A stretch of 64,000 nt of DNA from Adineta vaga (lineage: Eukaryota; Animalia; Rotifera), in assembly GCA_021613535.1 (NCBI GenBank), contig CP075495.1, forward strand, positions 10,602,001 through 10,666,000. Direction: 5' to 3'. Position 1 is the first letter of the stretch. Every line of letters begins with the position of its first letter. The notes under the pieces were generated by a model. The model was given only the letters and a program-made list of their open reading frames with translations. It was not told the origin of the DNA and made no database searches. This document shows positions 27,301 through 40,139 of the stretch, in pieces. Both the position numbers and the translations under genes were made by a program.

Positions 27301-28518
27301 AAATTTCCTCCTTTTTTTCCGTTTTAATTATACAAATCGTTCACTCATTTCATCTCAATATATCAGCATTGATTTAGAAATAGAACCAAGCACAATAAGG
27401 TTTGTGTATATTCATTAGAAAGAAAGTCGATCTTATCTGATACAGATAGTTTGTGTGGCATGTGAATCAGTAGGCAGCTTATAAAAGGTAATATTTATCT
27501 TTTAAATACGTTATGAATATACTATCATTAATTTAAACTTAATATTAACTTTTACGGGAAAAGTTTTTTATTGACATAGAGAGAGAAAAATTGGCAATTT
27601 TTTTTTCTCTCTTTATCTTTGACATTTTGATCATATGGTAAGTTTTTACACATTGTCAATCATGAACAAACTGTTAGCAATCTCTTTTCTCTTCTACTTC
27701 ACATCATTAATCATGACTCAAATGTATGTATTTATTTTTCTTGATTCATAATAATTTTTATAATAACTATACATTCTATGTAGAACAACTCAATAGTTGA
27801 ATTCTCATTCCTGCAGTGAAAGACTATTAGTAAAAAGAAAAGTATTGATATAATCAGTAATTCGAATATTTGCAATCCTTTTCATTCGTATTTCTCTACA
27901 CTAAATCAAATCTATTCATGTAAGTTCTTTTTTTCTTCTCAACAAAATTTACCTTCAGATAATTGTAACTTCGAACTTCTGGTAAAATTAATAATACAAA
28001 ATTCTCCCAATGATTACTAGTTTTGTTTGTATCTCTCGTTCTTTGCGTCAGTTATGAAGTTAGATTAGATTCATTTTCTCTAATCGATTAATATTGAGAC
28101 AATTTACAACACTTTTTCGTGTGCTTCGAAAAGGTTTTTACATAGCTTTTATCGACGAGAAATTACTTTCATATGTAACAGAATGAGTCGTAAGCAATAT
28201 CTTGTAAAGTCTGTTTTTGTTTAAGTCGAAAAAAGAAACTGAAATATTCCGCAGAGAAAACGAATCGATTTATAGTCAACGTAGCATTATGATATAAAAG
28301 CTTATGCCGTACAATGTTCTAATGTATAAAAGTAAATATTTGTTTTGTTCTAGATAAAGACAAGATTAATGCCATGACCAATTTAATTTTTACTAAAAAT
28401 GATGGATGATTTCTGTTTTTGTTAGATTTATGTAATAATTCTTTATATTTTATCCGATTAGTTCACGTAATATCAAAATCATTGGTTCATACAAGTAATC
28501 CTGAAAAACTTATTATAT

Positions 28519-30102
28519 ATGGGCATTTCATTACGATTCGCTCGACGAATATGTCTTATATTTATTATTTTCACTTTTATATTATTAGTGATTATAGTAT
28601 ATGTTCATACTTTCCACACTTCTTTTTTAAAATCAATTCCATCGTTTAGTAACGTTGTTATTCAATCTAATCATTCGAATAATCAAAAATCGATCAAGAA
28701 TGATAAGAACAAAATAGTACCAAAAAATTCACAATTGATTTATCACCCATCATCGGAATCTATTGTTTTAAGAGCTCTTCTACTTTTTTATCCAAACGAT
28801 CAAGAATCTGGATTTCTACCAGAATTTCGATGGTTTTATCGTTCATGGACAGAAATGATGATGAATGAATCAACATTATGGAGAACTGATATAATCGTTT
28901 ATGCGAATAAATATACATCTGTTTTCAAAAAACTTGGTTGTCTATATGAAAAAATTCGTTTAGATTCAAAAGAAAAACCTCAATGTCGAATTTTTCCTTA
29001 TATTCGTATTAAAGATCGTACATCGAATCATGACGTTTCAAGTAAATATCAAATCATCGATACACAACGTTCACAAACACTTTATGACCAATTACGAAGT
29101 TATGGTTATATCGATTCGATTAATACTGTTTTTGAATTTAAAACAACTTTTCTCATGTATGATTTTATACTTCGTACAGATATGGATTGTTTTCTTACCG
29201 AAAATTTTGCTCTTTATATACCATATAATGATTCTGTATTAGTTGGTCATGGTGGATATTCAACTGAATTTAATAATAAACGTTTAAAACGTATTGCACG
29301 AGATATGAATTGGAAATATGCTAATAAAACTAGTCTCGGATCAACTTGGTAAGAAGTTCATGAAAATAGATAATCTTAAATCTTCCTTTGATTCTTGTTT
29401 TCATATAGAATCAGTCAAAACTTCATAGTTAGGCTTTTGAGAACATCATTTATGTGATAGAAACAATCGAGAGATAGTGATGAGCATGAAATAGTTATAT
29501 TATTTCTTAGGTATGGATCACCATCGATCACTTATCAAATGGCTGATTATACAATACAAGCAATGATACATTTAGTAATGAACGAATTTACTATACCAGA
29601 ACGAGAACATAAACTCGGTGTGATGGTTAGTTTGAATTTTCTGTAGAGTCATTCTATTAAATCTAGATTTTTCTTTTATGCGGGATTTAGCTTTGGCCTG
29701 AATGGCATTTCGGTGTTCTTTTATTATATGGTGGTCATTTAGCTATTAATCATCTGATTTCTAATAATAATCTTACTATACTTCTAGCAGATCAATTGTT
29801 AGATCAAGGAGTTACATCAAAAGATCAAGTAGATATTCGAAAAAATCTTCGTTTACATCTTCATTGTTGGCATGGAAGTAATCCATTTTCAAAATTTGAA
29901 TTTAAAGCAGGAAAATATAAATCCATAGATCCATCTACATTAATTTCAGATACTTCAGCATCCGGTTATGTAAGAATGCAATTGATTCCAATAGAAAGAT
30001 AATTTTATCTTGAATTTTTAGGCAATGCGAATGGCATTAGAATCGAAATCGATGTCATTGGAACAATTGAAGGAAAAATTATTAGATATAAAAAAATTAT
30101 AG
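28519..30102 (+). CDS. DUF7164-like type II membrane protein, putative GT-A glycosyltransferase
   Basis: N-terminal signal anchor; EFRWFYRSW, YGYIDSIN, YDFILRTDMDCFLT (DxD), GHGGYS, LGSTWYG, WPEWHFGVLLLYGGHLAINH, HLHCWH, FSKFEFKAGKY. Introns at 29349-29510, 29626-29690 and 29970-30021. Confidence 0.75.
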
Positions 30103-30496
30103 TTTTATGTTGATTTATTTTTGTTTTGTTATCGATTTGCAATAATACAGTTGAGTTTTCATATAAAAATAAATAATATCTACGAAATAGAATATTTTTA
30201 CCATCCAAATATTGGATATAGTTTACAAATGGCATAGATGATTTTCTTTCCTTTCTTTCTATATCTTGAATATCTAGCTATTTTAAAAGATTCATCAACT
30301 ATGCCTTCGTCTCCAGAGGTCATTAGTGATCGGAGTACTGAAGATGCTTTTTGCCGATTGGCTCAATGACGTTGAAAATATCCAAATATCATCATCTTGT
30401 TTTCACATCACATACATGTATAAATAAAAATAATACACTTCAAATTTATTTATTTGTTTTTATTGTGAATTAAATGTCTGATTCTTAACGTTAACG

Positions 30497-33400
30497 ATGA
30501 CTTTAATGGCAACGTCTGAGTCACAAAAACCACTAGAAGAAACTGCATTCAAAGGAAAACCGTAAGTACATACTTAAATCAAAAGTTTACATTCTGAATT
30601 ATCATTTCTAGATTTAAATGTCGAGTAGCTTTCACACGTGGACCAAGTTTGTAATCCTGATAAGTTTTATCTATTCAATTCTGAGTTTCTTGTCATTGAA
30701 TTTTAGATCTCTGTGCATTAACAACTGTTAATCCAAAAACAAACTTAGTGAAAGGTGATCTATTTGTGATAAGTCTAAATGATGATGACACACAAAAACT
30801 TGTTATGCAAGTTGATCGTGTTGATGATGAACGGCTTATTCAACCAACACATCCAGGTAGATAATTAATTTCAATTCTATTCATATCTTCGCTCATGATT
30901 TTGTTTCCGAATTTCAGAAATATTTATTGACGAATCAATAAAGAAAACATTTTCTGTGATTAGTTTTATGGTGAATCATTATATGGTACAAAAAGTAGCA
31001 AATAAACAGGTCTTTTTTTCTATTAACTTCAATAGTTCGTGTAGTTTTCTCTTGTACGATTTAGGCATTTGCTCTTTACTTGGTCGAAATTCAAGTTAAA
31101 GAACAATACTTTAGTCGTGGTGATATGTGGCGTTTCACACGTAAATTAGTAAATACTACAGTTTATTTGAAGAAAACACTTGATATATTCGGCATGAGGT
31201 AGAAGATTATGCTTTGAAACTTTAGTGATTCTAATGGAGAAAAAATCTAATTTAGAGCGACAGTCTATGGTTTATGGACAAGTAGACATCCATATCGTGT
31301 TTCTTCCGGTTATATCACAAAAGATACAAAAGTAAAAGGAATACATAAATGTATACCTTTTAATATTCGTGAGAGTTTTATTTAGATTGTATTTCGTTCA
31401 TTAAGTACATGTTGTACAATATTTTTACAAATGTCTAAAGAAATGTGGGATTTTGATCATCAAGGCGACACATATTATGAAAAAGCTGTTGATTGTTTTC
31501 TTTTGGATTTATTTACACGATGGAAGGTATGAGATATGAAAACAAAGAAAGAAAAATGTATTTGACATCTTTTCCTATTTTTAGAATATGAGTTGTCAAC
31601 ATGATGTAACAATGACTTTATTTTCACGCGTTTTCTATAATGCGACATCACTAGAAGATTTTCCTGAATGTTTAAGACAAGATATTAATAGAGATCATCG
31701 TGGAAGATTTTATGAAGATTTTTATCGGTAAATTATTTCAAAATATTTTGTTAGCGAACTGTTTTGATGCAATTGTACATGTAATTCGTTTAGTGTAATC
31801 TATCAAAATGAACGTTATGATGATTGGACACCACGTTTAGCGAAAATCAAACAAGTACTTATTAATTATAAAGAAGATCTTGTTAATTACCATAAAAAAC
31901 AATTACCAAAAGCTGAAGCAGATAGAATGCCGAATGGAACAATATCAACTGCAGCTGATGGAAATTATCTTGAAACATTAAATTTATCTGCTAGTGGTGT
32001 GTAGAAAGAAAAAATCAGTTCAATTTGAAAAATATTCATTTTCTTAGTTTTTGAACGTCATTTTATTGATCGTCCATTTGATCGACTTGGTCAAATGTCA
32101 TTAGTTATTACACCAGGTGGTGGTGTTTTTGAAGTTGATCGTGAATTAACCAATATGACAAAACAACGTGTATTAGATAATGGTATTGGAAGTGATCTTG
32201 TCTGTCTAGGTGAACAACCATTATTTGCTGTACCATTATTCAAATTTTTTAAAGAAAATCCAAACGCAGCCGATGACTATCAAATACCACATTGGATGAA
32301 TTTAAGGTTTTATTCGTTCAAATATCGAATTCATTTCCTAAGAATTTATATTTGTATCTTTGTAGTTATTATCGTAGTTCAAGTGCACAATCATGTTTTA
32401 AACGTTTTATTCCACGTGTACCATTTAAAGAACATCGAATTCTAGGTGGATTGTTAGGTATACATTACTTTTTGTCTTTAATATTTATTTATCAATTATT
32501 AAATATAATAGATGCAAAAAATGTAATGAATTCAATTACAGAAGATTTTTTTATAAAACCAGCTCATCTCTCAATGGAAGAATATGATGCTCATGTATTT
32601 AAAACAGCACCAAAGGGGTAACTTCTATTAAAGAAAATCTTCTCTATTATCTTTTATTTTGAAATCGATAGGTTAACGGAACAAACATCGAAAACAGAAA
32701 GAGTAATAAATGGGGATGGCCGTATAGCAAGACGACGAAATATTACCATGGGTCCTTCACGTAATTGAATTTATTTCAAATATTTCAAAAACCTCATTTC
32801 ATCATTTCAGAACCACCACTTGCTGAAGAAGAAGATACATTACAAGAACCAAATGGAATGTTAATTGTAAATAATAAACCATCAACATTATTCGGAATAA
32901 ATGACGATCCACCTCAATTTAATATTAATGTCAAAGATGATATTGTTCTTTCCACATCACATATAACATCTACAAATTTGTCAGCAGATCTTCAAGCATT
33001 CAATACATATAATCAATCTGCTCAAGTTTTATTCTATAATCCACAAAGTTTTACACGTGCTGCTCAAAGTGCTGATACTTATTTTTTAACATCTCAAATA
33101 TTTGCACGATTACAAGCACGACCAAAAGCTTTAACAAATCCATTTGCACCAGCAACTATACGTATACCAATGGTACCTGGACGACGTCGATGGGCGCATA
33201 CATTTCCTATAGGTAAAATTAATTGAATAAATACAGAATCATATCAGTATTTGTACAATAAAAGAATATCTGAATTCTGAATAGGTCCCGAAAACATACC
33301 ATGGCATTTTCATCATTTACGTAAAATGAAAGGAGCACTAAAACAAGAAACACTTGTCTGTATTGCTACATGTGCACATCTTGTTCTTCCGGGTACATCT

Positions 33401-36400
33401 AAACAGTTGACAAACAGTTTGAAATCAAAACGATTAAATCAACATTCGAAAATGAATAGTGATGCGAGTTCTCGACCAAAACGGTAAAGAATTTAATAAC
33501 AACAAACAATTCTTTTCTTCTATTCGTTCAATTCAATTCTATGTTCAGATTTGTCAGTCCATCACATTTTGATATGAAACGTGAAGCAGCTGATCGTAAG
33601 AATAGTATGACCGATGATAATCGCTCAAATGTTAATAATTTGAATGCCAAAAAATCCAATACTGATAATTCAAATAAATCATCACTACAATCGAAAAGTT
33701 CGTTGTTATATTAATCAATTCTTATAAATAGATGAAATTCTATTTTTTCATTTGTTTTTACAGGTCAGAAAAATGAAGCGATTATTTGGGGACCAACTGG
33801 TGTAGAACCATGGAGTGCGTCAATGATTACTGGAATTGATTGGAAATCGTTAACAATTCCAGCTTCGCTTCCAACAACATTCGACGTTGTACCATCAGAA
33901 GATGATTTAAAACGTGAATATACACATAATTCATATGAACTTTTTCAATGTTTACCACCATTAACTGAATACGATCGAAGACGAAGAAATACACAATATG
34001 GGACTACAAATCACGAAGGACAAACTCCGTATGATCATAGTTTGTCCGATATTCTATTTAAGTGATGATTTTTTGTTTATAGTCCTGATCCAATGGAACG
34101 ACATAAACTAGCATTTGATGAATTGATCGATCAACGCTTATCTCAAGTAAAGAAAAAAGATTCGACTTTGAAACTTTATTATCGATATTTGATTGATTTC
34201 ATAGGGTTTTCAAATGATTGTAGAAATTCCACCTCATATTTATAAAGCAATGATCGAAAAGATCCGATTAATTGGTTATAAAGAAACAGGATATAATCGT
34301 TTATTAAGTATCGGTCGTATCTATCATACATTAAGTCTTATTACGGAAGAAAATCGAACACAAGATACTGTTTTTATCTCTGTACAACAATTTAAACCGC
34401 AGTAAATCCTATTCTAACGATAATAGAATAATTCTTATTATATTGTCTTTAGATATGTCTTTCAACCTAAACCAGTTCTTTATAAATATCGATTTCAATG
34501 TCCCGATTCATCATATTATGATCCAGCGCGATATATTTTACAATTTGATAATTTAGAAGTATTTGCATGGAATGTTATTGATAATATTGTCTGTAGTCAT
34601 GGTTCCGGTGATCATAAACTTTCAGATGTATGTACTGGGAGATAATAAGTCTTTTAATTGTAATTCTATGTATTGATTTAGTCAACGAAACATTGGCGTA
34701 CTCGTCTTGTATTAATGCCTGTATCTCGAGATTATACAATAAAAAATATTGAATCCGGTCAAACGAAATGTGATAGTCGTCAAGAAATGTCTCATGAAGA
34801 TTATTTTCTGTATGTTGAGCATTTCATTCGATTTTTAGTTATGTTGAATAAACTTTCACGTATACGATCTGGTACAATTGAATCTTACCATCGAGTATAG
34901 TTTCAATCATTTACATTCATATTTTATCGTTTCTATCCATTCTTTTTCTTTTGTACTTTTAGCCTATTGATCCAATAACGAATATTAAACGACTTGATTG
35001 TCATAAATGTCAAGGAAGATATACGTAAGAATTATTTTCAATGACATACTGTTTTTGATATAATCATTCGGCAATTTTCAGAGGACCAACTCGAACATTT
35101 AGTCTTTACGATGTCATGTCTGAAGATACACAAGCTATTAATAATCTAATAGCTTTATTTCAAGATGAACAACAAGGATTAGCATTTGTTAAAGACAATT
35201 TTTTGCCGGAATATTCATTCATTGCAATTGAAGCAATTTGGTGGTGTATTGAACATTGTGATGATATATACGATGAACATACAGCTTTCTTATTATTTGA
35301 AGTAAAAGAGCAATAGATTTCAAATGAAAAATGACAATTTCTTTCTTTGTAGTTATTATATAACAAAAAAATCATTCGACATTGTACAAATGTTGATAAA
35401 TCGTTTCGTTTTGGCTTTTTTCTTTATTTTATTGTTACAGATAAAACTACAGATTGTAAGTTTATTTTATACAATAATTATTTCTATTATCTTGAATTCG
35501 ATATAATTTAGATTCTTTTGATTCGAATGATTATGCTGAAGTGGAATTTTATGAAACAAAAAAATTTATTCCTTCAATCGATTATCTAGGTTTTGGCGTA
35601 TGTAAACCTATGCGTTTGTTACCGAAATTAATTTCTGTTCAAGAAAAAATACCACGTATAACACGTCTTGGAACATCCAACGTTCAAGGAAATATATATT
35701 CGACTAGTTTAAGTAATATTTCAAATGATGATGTATCAACAAAACAAGAAATAACATCAATCGAATTGAAACGTAATTGTAATGTTGATGTTGATCCAAG
35801 ACAAGTATCTGATAGACGTGAATGGGCAATAGCACGACATCATGCATATTATAATCCACATTGTTTATTTGAATTAGAAATTCGTTGGCTTGTAGCAACT
35901 TCATGTATACTTGGTGATTTAATAACCAATTGGTCGTTACGTACAGGAACAATGTCTAGATCAAATCAAGTTTCTTTCCATCTTATTCCGATTCCTTGCG
36001 ATCCATTTGCAGAATTCGATCCATTACGAGGTACATTTTCATATTGATTCTCTAATATTTACTTTTTTCATCTTATCTATTCTTTTTTCAGGTCCTATCT
36101 ATATTCGAATGGATTCATCATGTCTCCGTGGTAAACTTGCTAATCTTCCTGAAAAACAGCGAGTACTTCGTTTGAATATTTTTCAAGAATTGATTGTCAA
36201 ACGGTTTGTACATTTAATTTTCATTTCATTCCTATTGTTTTCAAGATGGTTCTTTTTTTTAGTTATGGCTTCATTTTGAATACATGTGTTAGTTATAGTA
36301 ATGAAAATATCTATTATGTTCATTTAAGTGGTGGTATGCTTGTTTATATTCTATCGGATGTTTACAATGTACATTTTAATCGTCGAACAATGCGTGTAGC

Positions 36401-36659
36401 ATCAAATGGAACAACCGATGGTCAATCATCGCCACTTGACTGTGGCTTTTATTGGTGTTGGAATTTTTGTCTAGGTAAAAAATGGCGAAGTTCTCAAACC
36501 GGTGAAGAGAAATATCAAGATATTATGTTAGCAGATTTTCGTGCATTTTGTGCTAATGATGACAATCGTTTACTAAATTTCTGGAATGAAGTAGATGGAA
36601 TGGCAGAGGCTCAAATGATTGAAAAACAACAAGATCTAGAAGAAAATGATGATATCTAA
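30497..36659 (+). CDS. DEPDC5: GATOR1 complex subunit DEPDC5/IML1
   Basis: [96 protein letters not shown], a DEP-like segment, YVHLSGG and FYWCWNF, over many short introns. Confidence 0.95.
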
Positions 36660-37238
36660 GAGAAATTGTCGCTCAATCTTTGAAGAATTTCTAGTCTTTT
36701 ATTTTTCATTCTATTGTGTATCTTTTGTCTCTATGTATATTTTCAATGACAGTGATTTTCATATATATATATTTATATTCAAGAAAAGAAATAAACGATG
36801 CGTTTTGGTTTTTGTATGTGAATTCCGGGAAAACAGCTTGTTCTCTTCATTACTTGGAATACTCAGTGTTTATATTAACAAAAGACAGAATTTTAACGAT
36901 AATATTATTAAATTAATATCAACGGTAAATTCCATGATTAATCTGACTGATTCAAAATCATTCGTTACCCGATCGTGACAATCAACGTAAAAAAATTGAA
37001 ATATACAATTCATTGTAGTGATGCACGAAAATAATTTAATCTTGAAGGTGGTCAAAGTATAGAGACAAAGATTGCTAATTAATTCACATTATGATAGTCA
37101 TATTTATTTTGATTATACTTTACTAGTTAGATAATCATCTTCGTCTTTCTCATAACATTTTTCTCGAACTGTTAAATATCTAACTTTATGTTTTATAATT
37201 GATACAGTTGTTCGTTTACATGTAGATTGCTGTCAAAA

Positions 37239-39444
37239 ATGAAAAACGACATTTTCCCTTCGTATGTTATTTATCTTATTGTATTAATAAGATTGATAAA
37301 AGGAGATCTTGTGAACGATTTTCGTCCACCTGCTACTCCTCTTCTTCTACTCAATCCAACGATTCAAATTTGGTCAAAAGGAGATCATCTCAATGATGTA
37401 CCAACAACACATTGGATTGAAAATCAAAATATGTCGTTAGTTGGTCTTGTTCGTATAGATAATGGAAGTAAAATATTAAGATTTATGGGTGTAACGAATG
37501 AAAATATACCATCTATGAAACAAATTCAAAGACGTGTACAACCAACACAAACTTTCTATATATTTCAAAGTGAAGAAATCGAATTAAATGTAACATTTAT
37601 TCAACCAGCTTTCATTCATTCTTTGGAACTATCTTCATTACCTATTGGTTATCTGACACATTCGGTTCGCTCACTTTCAACAAAAAAAGAATATACAGTA
37701 CAAGTATATATTGAAATTTCCATGGATTTGGTTGTCAATTCATTAGTTAATGATACAGTTGTTTGGGAACAAACACGGTCAGGAGAATATCGTTGGCAAT
37801 CGTATGATCATGCACCCTTTCAAACCCATGGTGATCAAATAAAACCTGATTGGGGCTATTTTTATGCAGCATCAAGATCGATATTTCTTCGTGATAGTAC
37901 ACAGACGAATGCATCATTATGTCGACAAGCTTTTATTCATGGAAATTTTCATCTACCTAAACGAGATGAAAGTCAAGGACCACGTTCAATTCAAAATGGA
38001 TATCCAGTATCTTCATTTCTTTTTGATTATGGTTCAGTTAATCAGGATGCGAATGTCTATTCATCGTTTCTTGTTCTCTTCCATGATGAACAATTATCGA
38101 TTAATTTCTTTTCAAATTATCAACGACCTTATTGGACAAAACTCTATTCAAACGTACAACAATTACTTGATATTGCTTTTCAACGTTTTGATGAAATTCA
38201 ACAAGAAGCAAATGAATATGATACAATGCTCATTCAACGATATACGAATGTAGCAGGTATATAATAATTGTTTGAATGAGATACTAAGAACGTTTTTGTT
38301 TGTTTCATAGGTGATCGTTATGCTACATTACTCTCACTTGTTCATCGACAAGTAACAGGAGCTTGTGTTACTGTATGGGATGAACAACGACAACAAGCAT
38401 GGTCCTATATGAAAGAACAAAGTTCAGATGGTGATGTGAGTACTGTCGATGTGATTTCACCTGCAGCACCATTTTTTCTCTCGCTTGGACCTGAATATTT
38501 ACGGCGACTTTTACTTCCTTTACTTGCTTATGCAAATAATGAAACATATGTACAATATACATTACCTTGGGCACCTCATCATCTTGGTGATTGGCCAGTA
38601 TGTTCGATTCTTCCGCAAGATCAAGAACAAATGCCGATGGAAGAAACAGGTAATATGTTGATTCTATTAGCAGCAATTGCACAAAGACAGAATGAACAAA
38701 TTGAATATCTTCGACCCTATGCACACCTTCTTCAAAATTGGGCACAATATTTAAACGATTCGTTACCCGATCCTGAAAATCAGCTGTGTACCGATGATTT
38801 TGTACGTATTGTTGTGAATGATTTCAATAGTAAATCAAAATTCTAAACATATTTCACTTTCTATTTAGGAAGGTTCATCAGCACATAATGCTAATTTAGC
38901 TTTGAAAGGTATAATTGGTCTCGGAGCTTATTCACTACTTCTTTCCATGGGTTTGGGTAATCAAAGTCAAGCAGATCAATATATGAAGCAAGCAATTGTT
39001 TTTGCTCAAGAGTGGGCAAAATTAGATTGGAATGGCATCGATCATTTTCGACTTGAATATGATGCTAATAATTCAAGTTGGTCACAAAAATACAATATGT
39101 TTTGGTCATGTGTCATTGGATTAGATGACATACTTTTTGCAGATTTAAGAGTACAAGATATTGAATTAGCGTATTATCAAACAAAAATGAATCCATACGG
39201 TTTACCATTAGATAATCGAGGTGTTCTCGCGAAACTTGACTCATCGATGTGGATTGCTGCGATGATACGAGATAATACGGAACAACGGCAACGAATTGTT
39301 GATAGCCTTTATACATTTGCACATTCAACACCCACACGAATACCTATATCTGATGTGTATGATACGACAACAAATAGCGCAATGTTTTTTACTGCTCGAC
39401 CAGTTCTTGGTGGTCTTTCTGCTCTTGATCTTCTTTCAAAATGA
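37239..39444 (+). CDS. gtaA: Secreted glutaminase GtaA-family protein (DUF5127/DUF4965/DUF1793 architecture), non-metazoan type
   Basis: FRPPATPL, DWGYFY, MKEQSSDGDVSTVDVISP, MPMEETGNMLIL, DPENQLCTDDFEG-x4-NANLALKGIIG, WSQKYN, YGLPLDNR, FTARPVLGG. Introns at 38257-38310 and 38802-38868. Confidence 0.9.
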
Positions 39445-40139
39445 TTCTCTATTTTCATCTAACTATCTGAAAAGAATCGAACTTATATAAAACATACAAT
39501 GATGCGAGTTACTGAAATAAACATATGCTCTTCTTTGTCTTGCTTTTACGTTATCTCTTCCTAGTTATAATTATCAACTATGACACGAAAAACACCGAAT
39601 GAAAGGTTGATAAGTGTTGACACAATGAAAGACGAAACATCTGTACGGAGATCTAGTACTCATCGTTTCCATTTATTACTTCAAAGATTTTTCATCATAC
39701 AGTTTTATACATAAACTTCTACTCTTATAGACTGACGTAATTGAAAAGAAAATGTCGAATTATGTAAAAACTAACATTTTTATTTGACTTTTTGAAAAAG
39801 AAAGATTTCTCAATTGTAGTATTGAAATGATAGATAGTATTTTATCTGTCTGTCACTATACATATATTTACATTGAATCATTTACTAAATTTAGTGATCA
39901 GTCTGGTGAAAGAACGAGATTTTTCAACAAGACAAAAATGATATGTCACTAAGGTTTGCAAACATTTAATTTTTGATAACAAAAAACATGGTTGAATCGA
40001 TGACATCATTTCATTTATTTCGGAGATATTAAACTCTAACCTGTTGAGAAGAAATTTTTTTAAAATATTATGGGCAATTTTACAACAAAAAGTAAAGAAT
40101 ATATTCAAGCATCGTAGATTTTAATTAATCTTTTCTCAG

